A stretch of 38,710 nucleotides of DNA from a virus (taxonomy: Duplodnaviria; Caudoviricetes), in IMG/VR virus record IMGVR_UViG_3300025803_000029, positions 1 to 38,710 of that record, one strand, 5' to 3'. Below the pieces are notes generated by a model. It worked only from the letters and a program-made list of their open reading frames with translations. It searched no databases and had not been told where the DNA came from. Shown here in pieces: positions 25,431 to 34,906 of the stretch (the stretch's first letter is position 1; each line of letters begins with the position of its first letter). The position numbers were made by a program, and so were the translations under genes.

Positions 25431-25646
25431 TTACATTTGTTCTTCTAATAATTTTTTCATAGCATTTAATGAAGAAATATTTTTAGGTAGAGATTTGTTT
25501 AAAAACTCTAACTCTTTTTCACCAGCTGCAACTCCAGTTATTTTTTTTCTGTATTCATTAAAAACTTTTGTAGCTTCTTTGTTAAACTTATCTTTATCTT
25601 CCTCATTCATAGATTTAAAGTTTTGTTTTAAAAATTTACTTGCCAT
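25431..25646 (-). CDS. 71-aa protein carrying a copy of an ejection-protein motif
   Basis: FNEYRKKITGVAAGEKE versus FNQYRKEITGVAAGEKE in 31258..32343. Confidence 0.75.
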   Translation of the reverse strand: MASKFLKQNFKSMNEEDKDKFNKEATKVFNEYRKKITGVAAGEKELEFLNKSLPKNISSLNAMKKLLEEQM

Positions 25647-25649
25647 TAT

Positions 25650-25817
25650 TTACCTCTTTTTCTTTGTTGGTTTTTTAGCTGTCTTTGCAGCTCTTTTAAA
25701 ATTAGCAGCAGTTGGAGCTCCTTTAGAACCTACTTTTCTCATTCGTTCACCGCTACCAGCTTTAATTCTTTTACGCTTTGCTGCGATATTAGCGTAAAGA
25801 CCTTTTCTTTTTGCCAT
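25650..25817 (-). CDS. 55-aa basic protein MAKRKGLYANIAAKRKRIKAGSGERMRKVGSKGAP...
   Basis: Hand translation; GLYANI motif familiar from small basic phage proteins. Confidence 0.75.
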   Translation of the reverse strand: MAKRKGLYANIAAKRKRIKAGSGERMRKVGSKGAPTAANFKRAAKTAKKPTKKKR

Positions 25818-25820
25818 AGT

Positions 25821-25997
25821 TTATTTATCCTTATTTAATTGTTTGTTATGGTCATCTTTCTTCATACAAAGATAATGAGCATGACCCTCTGGGTAAAAAC
25901 TTACAAATGAATCTGTATTAACAATATTGTCTGAGCAATACCTACACTTACCAACATCAGTTAAGATGTTAGTTTTCTTCCATAATTTTTTTGACAC
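25821..25997 (-). CDS. 58-aa putative zinc-binding protein with GTG start (CRYC...HYLC)
   Basis: Hand translation; exactly fills the intergenic gap. Confidence 0.6.
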   Translation of the reverse strand: MSKKLWKKTNILTDVGKCRYCSDNIVNTDSFVSFYPEGHAHYLCMKKDDHNKQLNKDK

Positions 25998-26273
25998 TTA
26001 GCAGTTCCATTTTCTAAGAGCTTTGTTAATTCTTGAATTAGGATCTCTTGCGGTCTTGGCAGATGTAAGTCTTTTCTTCATACCTAACATCCTTGCACAA
26101 AATGATTTACGTCTGTTAGCTGCCTTACTACCCTTTTTTAATTTACTTGGTTTAGTAGTAACTGGTGCTTTTAGATTGCCACCAGTAGCTCTATTATAGC
26201 TAGCTCTACCTTTTGCATTAAGTCCACCAGATTTAGATTTACCAGCTTTACGCTGCCATGATGGAGTTGCCAT
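25998..26273 (-). CDS. Basic phage protein (DUF6321-like)
   Basis: GGLNAKGRASYN...RRKSFCARM...SRINKALRKWNC. Confidence 0.7.
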   Translation of the reverse strand: MATPSWQRKAGKSKSGGLNAKGRASYNRATGGNLKAPVTTKPSKLKKGSKAANRRKSFCARMLGMKKRLTSAKTARDPNSRINKALRKWNC

Positions 26274-26482
26274 TAGACCTCCTTAACAGTTTTGCATTGA
26301 AACTGTACATACAACTTATATTCATTTGTTTTTTGCATACCTACATCTTCTGTATAAGTCTGTGCTTTGTTATAGCCGGCCATCATACAATCGTACCAGG
26401 TGCTGTGTTGTGATGCTGTTTGTGGTGGTAAGCAATTTTGTTCTAAGGCAGAGCAAAATATTACCACTAATACAAATTTCAT
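26273..26482 (-). CDS. Small exported Cys-containing protein
   Basis: Hydrophobic N-terminus, four Cys. Confidence 0.55.
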   Translation of the reverse strand: MKFVLVVIFCSALEQNCLPPQTASQHSTWYDCMMAGYNKAQTYTEDVGMQKTNEYKLYVQFQCKTVKEV

Positions 26483-26700
26483 TCATTGTCTTTCTTATTA
26501 ATTTTATGTAGTTGATCTTCTAACTCTGTTATTTTTTTATTAGCTTGATCTAAGTCTTGTTGTGAATGTTCAAGTTTCTGTAAGCATCTTTTATTAGCAG
26601 AGTCCTTAGACTTACCAGCATCTTGTAGCTCAGCTACTTCTTGCTTTAAGATACGAACTTGTTCTTTATATTCGTTAATCAAATCTAGGTTGTCAGACAT
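26479..26700 (-). CDS. Coiled-coil hypothetical protein
   Basis: Heptad pattern. Confidence 0.6.
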   Translation of the reverse strand: MSDNLDLINEYKEQVRILKQEVAELQDAGKSKDSANKRCLQKLEHSQQDLDQANKKITELEDQLHKINKKDNE

Positions 26701-26703
26701 TTA

Positions 26704-27096
26704 TTATTTTTTGCCTACACCTCTGTTTTGAAATATCTGTGTTCCTTTAATTCCATATATTGAAGCAACTACAAGAATCCAGAGATTTACAAACCATTGG
26801 GGAAAATTGTTAAAATGTTCAAAAAATAAATTAATCTTATCCATAGAAGATTCATCACCAAACCAAACTCCATACGCTAAAACTAGAATTGGCAAAGTTA
26901 GTATGGCAAGAACTACCTCATCTTTGTAATCATTTTGCCTGGCTTCTAAAAGTTTGCCAGAGTATTCAAGCTGTCCTTGTGCCATCTTAGAGGCATGATT
27001 AGCTTGAGCATCTGCCATTAGCATTTTAGTTTCTTGTTTCTTTTTATAGATATGAGTACCAGCGTTTAAAGCTAGTTTAATTGCACTTAACCACAT
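26704..27096 (-). CDS. Holin-like membrane protein
   Basis: Two to three TM segments, KDE motif, basic C-terminus; next to the lysozyme. Confidence 0.65.
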   Translation of the reverse strand: MWLSAIKLALNAGTHIYKKKQETKMLMADAQANHASKMAQGQLEYSGKLLEARQNDYKDEVVLAILTLPILVLAYGVWFGDESSMDKINLFFEHFNNFPQWFVNLWILVVASIYGIKGTQIFQNRGVGKK

Positions 27097-27530
27097 TAGA
27101 CCTCCTTTGCTGCTCTCATTTTACCGGCAAGCTTACCAGCTCTAGCTGGAGTTTGTTTTGCCCATAAACTGTCAAGCATTTGGAAACTAGCTTCACCATA
27201 ATCTTTAGTGTCTAGTGCTTTCCACATATTCTTAAATTTAGATACGCCACCCTCACCTATTTGATAGACCATATTTATAATAACTTCTTTAGCCATGTTA
27301 TTAATAGCTCTATCACCAATAAGTCTTTCGGCAGCTTCTAGTGTTCTTTGGAAATCTCTTTCAAATACAAGCTCACCCTCTTGTTTAGTGTATTGAATAC
27401 CATGTTCATAATCATCATCAGGTGTTATTTTGTGTCCATAAAAAATAGTATCAAAACCCTCTGAGCATTGGTAAATCTTATTTACATAACCCTCACAAAG
27501 CTTAATTTCTTCTTTTACTTCTTCGTACAT
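27096..27530 (-). CDS. Endolysin, T4-type (GH24) lysozyme
   Basis: EG...Y.CSEG..TIFYGH, FKNM..AL and MLDSLWAKQTPARA motifs. Confidence 0.88.
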   Translation of the reverse strand: MYEEVKEEIKLCEGYVNKIYQCSEGFDTIFYGHKITPDDDYEHGIQYTKQEGELVFERDFQRTLEAAERLIGDRAINNMAKEVIINMVYQIGEGGVSKFKNMWKALDTKDYGEASFQMLDSLWAKQTPARAGKLAGKMRAAKEV

Positions 27531-27642
27531 TAGTTTTCCTTGTTAGATTTGTTGTGAATACAATTCGGTAGTACCAAACCTTAGAATAGATTTTTCGGCA
27601 AAAGCACTCTATTGCTAAAAGAATTTTTTCTATAACTGTCAT
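27502..27642 (-). CDS. 46-aa hypothetical protein (MTVIEKILLAIECFCRKIYSKVWYYR...)
   Basis: Hand translation; AGGAG RBS. Confidence 0.55.
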   Translation of the reverse strand: MTVIEKILLAIECFCRKIYSKVWYYRIVFTTNLTRKTNVRRSKRRN

Positions 27643-27651
27643 AATCTTCTC

Positions 27652-27852
27652 CTAGCATTTACAACCCTCACAGTTACAAAGTTCCTGGTCAAATTTATTT
27701 ATGTGTAAATCATCTTTGCAATGACAATTGCATTTACAATTCTTACATTTCTTTTTTTTTCTTTTTTTAGGTTTTGGAAATATTATTTTATCTAAGTGAT
27801 CCGCAAAAGAATCTAAATAACCAAATAATTTATAAATAATTTTATCTAACAT
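27652..27852 (-). CDS. Cys-rich, metallothionein-like small protein
   Basis: CKNCKCNCHC...CNCEGCKC after a Lys tract. Confidence 0.6.
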   Translation of the reverse strand: MLDKIIYKLFGYLDSFADHLDKIIFPKPKKRKKKKCKNCKCNCHCKDDLHINKFDQELCNCEGCKC

Positions 27853-27853
27853 T

Positions 27854-28069
27854 TTATTCTAAAATAAGTTTTTTAATTGAATAAGAGCCATCAATGTTTT
27901 TTTCTAGCTCTGCTTTTGATTTGATACATCTGTATTCAACATTAGTTCCAGTATTGCTACGATTTGCTTTTCGCTTACCAGATAGGCAAGTGCTTAAATC
28001 TGGTTGTAATCTTGCTTCATTAATTTCATTATTAACTAGCATTAATAAAGCTATAACTATCTGCTCCAT
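27854..28069 (-). CDS. Hypothetical protein
   Basis: ORF track; coupled. Confidence 0.6.
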   Translation of the reverse strand: MEQIVIALLMLVNNEINEARLQPDLSTCLSGKRKANRSNTGTNVEYRCIKSKAELEKNIDGSYSIKKLILE

Positions 28070-28437
28070 TAATGATCTCCATTAGCTCTAACTTTATCTT
28101 TTATGATTTCTAATTGTTCTTTAATTTTCTCTATGTCACTCATGGCGTATTTAATATTTACATTGTTGTTTCTCATGAGTTCCATTTCTTTTTGCACAGA
28201 CTCTAGTTGTGAAGCTATATGTTCTAGCAACATAAATTGCTCTTGATCAGTAGGTAATTGTTCTGACTTTTTTAGTAGATCAGCTTGAAATAATTCTCTA
28301 CTTGTTTCAAGTGAGCCAATCCTATTTTCTAATTCAAAAAAACTTACTGTTGCAATTACTGCACCAGCTACAATCATTAAAAGATTCTTTGCTGGTAATT
28401 GTATTCCTGTATCTTCTGATAGTTTAAAATTTTTCAT
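28069..28437 (-). CDS. Membrane-anchored coiled-coil protein
   Basis: One TM segment followed by heptads. Confidence 0.6.
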   Translation of the reverse strand: MKNFKLSEDTGIQLPAKNLLMIVAGAVIATVSFFELENRIGSLETSRELFQADLLKKSEQLPTDQEQFMLLEHIASQLESVQKEMELMRNNNVNIKYAMSDIEKIKEQLEIIKDKVRANGDH

Positions 28438-28796
28438 TTTAAAAATTCTTCAATTTTTTTACCAGCTGGTGTAAATGTTAATGCGAAACTAAGCGATGAT
28501 GCAACCAATGCTGTAATAGCTGCTTCTGTCCACCAATAACCATAGTGTGTATCATGGGTGATTAGATCGCCAATAAAACAACCTATAAACATAAATATAG
28601 GAAGTTTATATTTAAACTGTAATTTTATTAATGACATCAGTACAACAATTATGCCTGTAAGCGTTCCTGTTTTAGAAGCTACTATTGCATGACCTATGTT
28701 TAATACTGACAAATCTCCTCTAACCATACAAAGCATACAAGCTATCCAGGCTAAAGAAAATTTATTTACAAATAATTTAATTTTGTTCGTTACCAT
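28434..28796 (-). CDS. Multi-pass membrane protein
   Basis: About four hydrophobic segments. Confidence 0.6.
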   Translation of the reverse strand: MVTNKIKLFVNKFSLAWIACMLCMVRGDLSVLNIGHAIVASKTGTLTGIIVVLMSLIKLQFKYKLPIFMFIGCFIGDLITHDTHYGYWWTEAAITALVASSLSFALTFTPAGKKIEEFLK

Positions 28797-29115
28797 GATC
28801 TACCATCACAATTTTTATTCCTAATTTCTTTTGCTTAGCAGATGGTGTACGCCAAATTTTTCTGCGGTACGATTTTACGTTTTTGCGATATGTATTAGTT
28901 TTAATGTCAAGCAATTTGACTTTGCCATCAGGCGAAACTGTTACTAAATCAAATGGACATTGTGGATCACAAGCTTTGGCCACCCAATAACCTTGTTTAG
29001 TCAAATTAACTATTTCTTGGTACTCACCAATTGTGCCTTTGATATTTGTTGTTAGCTTAGTAGATTTACTACTAGGCTTATCAAGGAACTTAGGCTTATT
29101 AGACCTACTGCCCAT
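28777..29115 (-). CDS. PD-(D/E)xK endonuclease (resolvase-like)
   Basis: KGTIGE...L...GYWV...FDLV...DIKT. Confidence 0.7.
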   Translation of the reverse strand: MGSRSNKPKFLDKPSSKSTKLTTNIKGTIGEYQEIVNLTKQGYWVAKACDPQCPFDLVTVSPDGKVKLLDIKTNTYRKNVKSYRRKIWRTPSAKQKKLGIKIVMVDHGNEQN

Positions 29116-29258
29116 AAAAGTTTATAAACATTATCCACCTTAATATCTAAGTGAGCTAAATGATTATCCTTTATTACTGAAATCTTGTTGTGTATGAGTT
29201 TGATCTCACCTTGTAACTTTATAATTTGCTCTGTGTTTTTTTGTGATTGTGTCGGCAT
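29052..29258 (-). CDS. Small coiled-coil protein with a C-terminal TM segment
   Basis: IKDNHLAHL motif followed by a hydrophobic tail. Confidence 0.6.
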   Translation of the reverse strand: MPTQSQKNTEQIIKLQGEIKLIHNKISVIKDNHLAHLDIKVDNVYKLLWAVGLISLSSLISLVVNLLS

Positions 29259-31258
29259 TATTCTAACTCATCAGTTCCAATAGTTAAAGCTCTTATCAAA
29301 CTTACAGCTTTGTTTTTGTTTTTCCAATTTTGAGCTAAATCTATAAAAGCATTAATACCATCTTTACTAACAAGAGCTTCTGCAATTTCTTGTGATGATT
29401 TACTATATGCTCTTTCGCCAAACCATTTTTTAATACCAGTTAATGCAAAACCCTCTATGACATCAAATGGTGTTTTACTTAATTGTTCTTTAGCACCTAT
29501 GTTTGTAGCAGTTGTAGAACCTACTTTACCACCAGCTCCACTAGCTTTTAAAACATTAGCAAAAGAAGTTACTGCTTTTTGAACATCAGATTTTTTAACA
29601 TTTTTATTTGTTGTCAAAGCTAACTGATACATAACCTCAGTAAAGTTTTCTTTGTTTCTAGGTGTTTTTAAAATTGCATTATAAAAATTGTTACCAGTAT
29701 TTAAACCTCTATTCATATTATCAATAGCAGCTTTATTGAAAGCATTGTTAAAGAAATCACTTGCTATATTTTCCCAAGCACCCTCAACACCACTTTTATT
29801 AACTGCTGTTGCTAATTTTTCTATATCAGCTGATCTAACATTTGGTGATGTAATATATTTATAAATATTTGCATTTGTTTTAGAGCTTTCAATCCATCTA
29901 CCTTTTTTAAGATCGTTAAACAGTTCTGTTACTGAACCTTTACTTAATGGTTTTTCAAAAGTTTCAGAAAATACTCTGTATTTTTTATTAGCACTAACCC
30001 AATCATCATTGGTAACTAATAATTTTTTTATTACATCTTTAGCTTCTTCAAAACTTTTAGCAGCTGTAAAGTTTTCACCTTTAGCTGATTGAATACCACC
30101 ATCTCTTAAATCTTGATAAATTTTATTTATTACAGATCCTTTACCATCTGATTTACCAATAGCATTTGCTTGTCTTGTTAAATATTTAGCAATTTCCTCA
30201 GGTGCATTTTCAGCAACCTTTAACAATTCAATTTTAATATTATCTACTGATTGTGAGTCAAAGAAGCTTTTATTAAATTTTTCACCACCAGATTTAAGCC
30301 ACATTTTTGATCTTTGTTGATCTAATTGTAATGCAACTTTTTTAACTTGTTCGTTAATACTACTACTTGTTATTAAACCTGAGTCAGGCAATAAACCATT
30401 AGCTTTACCCCAGTTAGTTATATAATTTTTTAATTGTTGTGGTCTGTTTTTCCAATGAGCATCTAATACTTTATTACCTATAAGGTTTGCATTTGTAGAA
30501 CCCTCTAATTTTAATATAGATGCAGATTCTGTTGCTTCACCAGTAGTAATATTAAGACCATATTTTTTTGCATCTTTTTGTATTTTTTTTGCATTATTAA
30601 TTGTTTTTTGGTCTGGCAAAACATTCTCAATTACACCAGCTAAATTACCTTTTTTAAGTGCAAGTAAATCTAATATAACATTACTTACAACACCAACACC
30701 AGTACCCATACCCTCACTTTGTAAAGTTTGTGTAGCAGTTTCATCTATTAAACCACTTGCACCACCAGTACCCATTAAAACAGTTTTAGCTTTTGGGGTT
30801 TTAGAAAGTAATCCATAAGGCATATATTCAGCAGCAGTACCAGCAAACTGACCAACTGTTGTTTTAGCCTCATAGTTAGCAGCATCACCTAAAAAATTAT
30901 CATTAATATATTTACCTGGTCTAAACTCAGTTACATCTACTGGTAATTTACTTTTTTCAATAATTTCATTTTGATCAGCTTCTGACATTCCAGATGCAGT
31001 TGCCATTTTTTTAAAAACAAAATCTTTACCAGTATCAACAGCATCTAAAAGCATAAAAGGTAAATCTAATATTTGTACTGCATTACCAACAAATTTATTT
31101 GATGCAGTTAAAAGCGGATCTAAAGATTGCTCAATAATAGATATATCTTGGTTTTCTACTTTTTCTGTATCTATAGTTTTATCATCTGTTGGTAAAAGTT
31201 TTTCTACTTCTTTTTCAACGTCAATAGTTTTGTAATAATTACTTAAAAAATCTGACAT
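29258..31258 (-). CDS. Large internal virion / DNA-ejection protein
   Basis: Helical and Gly/Ala-rich, ITTGEAT motif; last of the ejection-protein block. Confidence 0.65.
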   Translation of the reverse strand: MSDFLSNYYKTIDVEKEVEKLLPTDDKTIDTEKVENQDISIIEQSLDPLLTASNKFVGNAVQILDLPFMLLDAVDTGKDFVFKKMATASGMSEADQNEIIEKSKLPVDVTEFRPGKYINDNFLGDAANYEAKTTVGQFAGTAAEYMPYGLLSKTPKAKTVLMGTGGASGLIDETATQTLQSEGMGTGVGVVSNVILDLLALKKGNLAGVIENVLPDQKTINNAKKIQKDAKKYGLNITTGEATESASILKLEGSTNANLIGNKVLDAHWKNRPQQLKNYITNWGKANGLLPDSGLITSSSINEQVKKVALQLDQQRSKMWLKSGGEKFNKSFFDSQSVDNIKIELLKVAENAPEEIAKYLTRQANAIGKSDGKGSVINKIYQDLRDGGIQSAKGENFTAAKSFEEAKDVIKKLLVTNDDWVSANKKYRVFSETFEKPLSKGSVTELFNDLKKGRWIESSKTNANIYKYITSPNVRSADIEKLATAVNKSGVEGAWENIASDFFNNAFNKAAIDNMNRGLNTGNNFYNAILKTPRNKENFTEVMYQLALTTNKNVKKSDVQKAVTSFANVLKASGAGGKVGSTTATNIGAKEQLSKTPFDVIEGFALTGIKKWFGERAYSKSSQEIAEALVSKDGINAFIDLAQNWKNKNKAVSLIRALTIGTDELE

Positions 31259-32343
31259 TATAAAGCACCCCCAGTTTGACCAGCTATATATTTTTGTAAA
31301 ATTTCTTCCCAGTTTTGATTAGGGAACTGTATGTTCATTAATTGTATTGCTTGTTCTGGTTTGTAATTATAATCAACTTTATAAGAAATAAATAATTCAT
31401 TTAAGTATTCACCACTTGGTTTTATTTTATTTTTTAGATATTTACCAAAACCCTCAGAATAAACTTTTTCGCCTTTATCATTTATTTTATAAACTGTACC
31501 ACCTGACTCTTTAAATGCTTTAGCTTTTTCTAGTAGCTCTGTTTGTATTCTAATTTGATTTTTCATCTTAGCTCTGTAGGTAGTTTGTGTATCTTTAGAA
31601 CTAGGTATAGATGCTTCTAACCATGCAATCTCTTTTTCACCAGCAGCAACACCAGTAATTTCTTTTCTGTATTGGTTAAAGTATTGTAGGTTATTTTGAT
31701 CCCATGTACTGTAGCTTCTTAAATATGCAGCATCATCTTGATTTAATGGTATATTGGCTTTATCAAGTAATAAAAGTTTTTGATACCTAATTTTACCACC
31801 AACAGTTAAAAACTCATCTTTAAACATAGCTTGAGTAGCTTGTAACTGACCTAAAAGTTTATCTGCACCTTGCAGTTCTTTTTCAACTTTTGTTTTAGTA
31901 CCTTTACTTAAACCACTAACATCTGTTGATGTTACATTTTGTTTAAACTCTGTATAGTTTTCTTTTAATAATTGCTCTAAAGTAGTTTGATCATTAGGGT
32001 TAGATAAATTTAAACTTCTTATATCTTTACCATCAGGTGATTTTAAAGTTACTAAATTAGGTTTTTGTGGTTTTTGAAACTTTTTATTTTTTATGTATTC
32101 TAATGGAAATGCTTTAAATAAAGCTTTATCTTCTTCTGGAACTTGATTAGCAAATTGTTTTCTAAACTTTCTTTTTTCTTCTTCTTCCTCCATAGCTTGA
32201 AACATAGAAGCTGTTTTCATACCTTGTTGAATCATCGGAAGTGCTGCACCAGGATTTTGACCTGATAGTCCAGCAGTTAATAAACCAATACCCCCTAATA
32301 CTTCTGGTGAGTATAGTAAGCCTTTAAAAGGTGAGTCCGCCAT
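31258..32343 (-). CDS. Internal virion / DNA-ejection protein
   Basis: GIGLL N-terminus, ITGVAAGEKE motif; synteny. Confidence 0.65.
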   Translation of the reverse strand: MADSPFKGLLYSPEVLGGIGLLTAGLSGQNPGAALPMIQQGMKTASMFQAMEEEEEKRKFRKQFANQVPEEDKALFKAFPLEYIKNKKFQKPQKPNLVTLKSPDGKDIRSLNLSNPNDQTTLEQLLKENYTEFKQNVTSTDVSGLSKGTKTKVEKELQGADKLLGQLQATQAMFKDEFLTVGGKIRYQKLLLLDKANIPLNQDDAAYLRSYSTWDQNNLQYFNQYRKEITGVAAGEKEIAWLEASIPSSKDTQTTYRAKMKNQIRIQTELLEKAKAFKESGGTVYKINDKGEKVYSEGFGKYLKNKIKPSGEYLNELFISYKVDYNYKPEQAIQLMNIQFPNQNWEEILQKYIAGQTGGAL

Positions 32344-33326
32344 TATAATAGTCCTTGTTCTTTAAGATAGTTGTAATAGATATTGCTTGATGACATATTG
32401 GCATTGTAGCCAAACTGACTAGCATTAGTTGTCATGTTTAATGTTTTAGCTAAATCTGCTTTTGCTTGATCATAGCTATTCATAAAATTTTGAGAAATAC
32501 CTAGATTATTTGATTCCATATTATTAAAATAATTATCAACTTGTGAAAATGGATTAGGATTATTTATTAAATTACTTTCAGTTACGTCTTGTGGATTGTC
32601 AAAAAAACTAGATGGATCATTTTCGTTTCTGTTATCATCATTATTAAATTGTTGAAAATAATCTGTTTCGTTTTTTAAATATTTATATTCAGCTGAGTCT
32701 TTATTAGTAACATTATTAGGATTCCAATTTTTACCAGTACCTAATTCGTACTCTTTTATATCTGCTGTGGACATAAAATTATTTCTTCTTTTTTTATTAT
32801 GACTCTCAGCAAAATTAGAAATAGCTTTAAAAGTATTTCCAATTATTCCACCACTAGCAATAAAATCTTTTAGTTTATCCATTGCTGATTTTTCTGGAGT
32901 TACGTCAAAACTTGTAGAGGTATAAGTAGAGTCTATATCGTCATTATTGTTAGAAGTGTTTATGTAACCACTTCCTCCCCCAGCACCACTTGTTGTTGTT
33001 GTTCTTCCTGATGTATTTTTTGAGGAGTCATACCCACCTCCAGTATATTGAGATTCAGTATCTTGCCTACCTTGACCACCAGAATAACCACTACCTCCAC
33101 CAGCTCCACTTGTAGAAGAAGTTCTGCCTGATGTGTTTTGTGAGGAGTCGTAACTGCTAGTTTGATTATCTTGAGGTGGATATGCAAAAATACCAGATGG
33201 TGTAGGAGTTTTAACTCCACCAGCATCTACCAACATATCTCTTTCACCAGGAGTGATGTAAGCAAGAAAGTGATTTTCTGGTGCTTCATCATTTAATAGT
33301 CCAGCAAATTTTTTTAAATCATTCAT
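32343..33326 (-). CDS. Internal virion protein with Gly/Ser/Asn low-complexity region
   Basis: HFLAYITPGERDML..AGG N-terminal motif; internal duplication. Confidence 0.6.
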   Translation of the reverse strand: MNDLKKFAGLLNDEAPENHFLAYITPGERDMLVDAGGVKTPTPSGIFAYPPQDNQTSSYDSSQNTSGRTSSTSGAGGGSGYSGGQGRQDTESQYTGGGYDSSKNTSGRTTTTSGAGGGSGYINTSNNNDDIDSTYTSTSFDVTPEKSAMDKLKDFIASGGIIGNTFKAISNFAESHNKKRRNNFMSTADIKEYELGTGKNWNPNNVTNKDSAEYKYLKNETDYFQQFNNDDNRNENDPSSFFDNPQDVTESNLINNPNPFSQVDNYFNNMESNNLGISQNFMNSYDQAKADLAKTLNMTTNASQFGYNANMSSSNIYYNYLKEQGLL

Positions 33327-33436
33327 TAAAATATAATTCCAAGAACGCTAAGTATTAATAATAACATTATGTACTTTGAAGTTTTTCTATCTATATCAAC
33401 TTCAATATCAAAAATTATTTTCTTAAATTTATCCAT
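33326..33436 (-). CDS. 36-aa membrane peptide MDKFKKIIFDIEVDIDRKTSKYIMLLLILSVLGIIF
   Basis: Hand translation; TAATG coupling at both ends. Confidence 0.65.
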   Translation of the reverse strand: MDKFKKIIFDIEVDIDRKTSKYIMLLLILSVLGIIF

Positions 33437-34140
33437 TATAATAACCCTCCTAAAAATCCTAGACCACCACCGATAGCAGCACCTATACCGCCAAATTTAC
33501 TTCCGATTAATGCACCACCCATAGCAGTTGTTATAGGATTAGATGATGTTTGTGTTTGTGATGTTTGTACTGGTAAGCCAGTTGCTATAGGATTTACAAT
33601 ACCACTATATTGTTGTAGTGCAGCAAAAGGTGCTAAGTTTCTTTGTCTTTCAATATTTTCTAATTGAGCTCCAGTTTGCACAAGTGTTGGTGTAGCACTA
33701 GCAATACCTAATTGTCTTTGACGTTCTCTTTCGTACTGCTCAAACGCCATTGGTAAAGCTGCATCTGTTATACCGGCAATTATTTGTTGTTGATTCATTG
33801 CTGATCCTGGTGTTCTACCAGCACCGCTAAACTCTGTATTAATAGCTGTTGCTACATCTGCTCCAGCACCTTGTAGTAAAGGTGATAAAAAAGGATTTAG
33901 ATATTTACCTGATAATGTATCTGCTAATTGTTGTTGTGCAGCAGAACCCATTAATTCTTGGCCAGCAAGACCAGAAATTGTTTGCTGTGATGGGGCTACA
34001 TACCCAGCTGCTTTTACACCTTGTCCATATAGATTACCAGCTTCTGATAGTATTTGATTAAGAGCTGGCTCTGCTGGTTTGTATGGATTGACACTTTGTA
34101 CTTGTGATCCACCACCTGAGTTTCCACCGCCAAATGACAT
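33436..34140 (-). CDS. Ejection / pilot protein (P22 gp7-like position)
   Basis: MSFGGG N-terminus, Gln-rich, Gly-zipper C-terminus (GAAIGGGLGFLGGLL). Confidence 0.65.
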   Translation of the reverse strand: MSFGGGNSGGGSQVQSVNPYKPAEPALNQILSEAGNLYGQGVKAAGYVAPSQQTISGLAGQELMGSAAQQQLADTLSGKYLNPFLSPLLQGAGADVATAINTEFSGAGRTPGSAMNQQQIIAGITDAALPMAFEQYERERQRQLGIASATPTLVQTGAQLENIERQRNLAPFAALQQYSGIVNPIATGLPVQTSQTQTSSNPITTAMGGALIGSKFGGIGAAIGGGLGFLGGLL

Positions 34141-34580
34141 TATTCATTCTCCTTTATTAATTGTTTTTCAAGAACTACATGAGTTCTTTTATAGTTATGG
34201 TTTTTCATTATTTTATCCCAACCTGGTCTAGCAAATAATTCCATGCAATCACATTTGTTTTTAATAGCAAAGTTTTCTAGTTCTTTAACTAGGTGTTGCC
34301 ATTTTTGTCTGTGTCTGCCTGTAACAATAAATATATTGCAAGACCGCTTTAATTTTCTTTGGATTATTTCTGTAACTACAACACCATAATATTTATCGGT
34401 TGTTGTTTGTTTAGTCTTATCCCAAAGCACCCAAAGCTGAAATTTCTTTTGTTTTAATTGCTCTAATACAAAATCACTATCAGTATAATTACCTGAATAT
34501 GATAAGGCTTGTGCAATATCTTTTTTAACTAAATTCCAAACATTATCTAAATCAGATAATGGTATTTCTACTATATTCAT
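34140..34580 (-). CDS. GNAT-like virion assembly protein
   Basis: QLW...VVTEI...LENFA....CD.MEL.ARPGW; position before the ejection genes. Confidence 0.6.
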   Translation of the reverse strand: MNIVEIPLSDLDNVWNLVKKDIAQALSYSGNYTDSDFVLEQLKQKKFQLWVLWDKTKQTTTDKYYGVVVTEIIQRKLKRSCNIFIVTGRHRQKWQHLVKELENFAIKNKCDCMELFARPGWDKIMKNHNYKRTHVVLEKQLIKENE

Positions 34581-34906
34581 TAAGTAATAACTAAATAACT
34601 AATACTTATGTGAACACTATCTGTTGAGCTTATTGTTGCTTTAAGTGCATCTGAGTTTTCTAAAACTAAAGGCACACTTAATAACTCCTCTGAATTATTT
34701 GCTGTAAGTGATTTTGTGTTAAATATTGTGTATTCTGTACTAGCACTATTATCTGCTACATCCATTGAAACTGTTGGTGTGCTACCAGTATTATTAGTAA
34801 CTCTAATAGATTTTATAATTATTGTTTCGGTGCTAGCAGCTGTTAGTAGTGTAGTTTCTGATGTAGTTGCTAACGCAACACCTTTAAATTTATAACTATT
34901 AGCCAT
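34580..34906 (-). CDS. Small tail structural protein
   Basis: MANSYK...IIKSIRVTN...PLVLENSDALK; paralog of 946..1272. Confidence 0.6.
   Translation of the reverse strand: MANSYKFKGVALATTSETTLLTAASTETIIIKSIRVTNNTGSTPTVSMDVADNSASTEYTIFNTKSLTANNSEELLSVPLVLENSDALKATISSTDSVHISISYLVIT

Noticed and set aside
25485-31680. Diversity-generating retroelement template/variable repeat pair
   Set aside because: No reverse transcriptase seen; differences are not adenine-specific and both copies are coding
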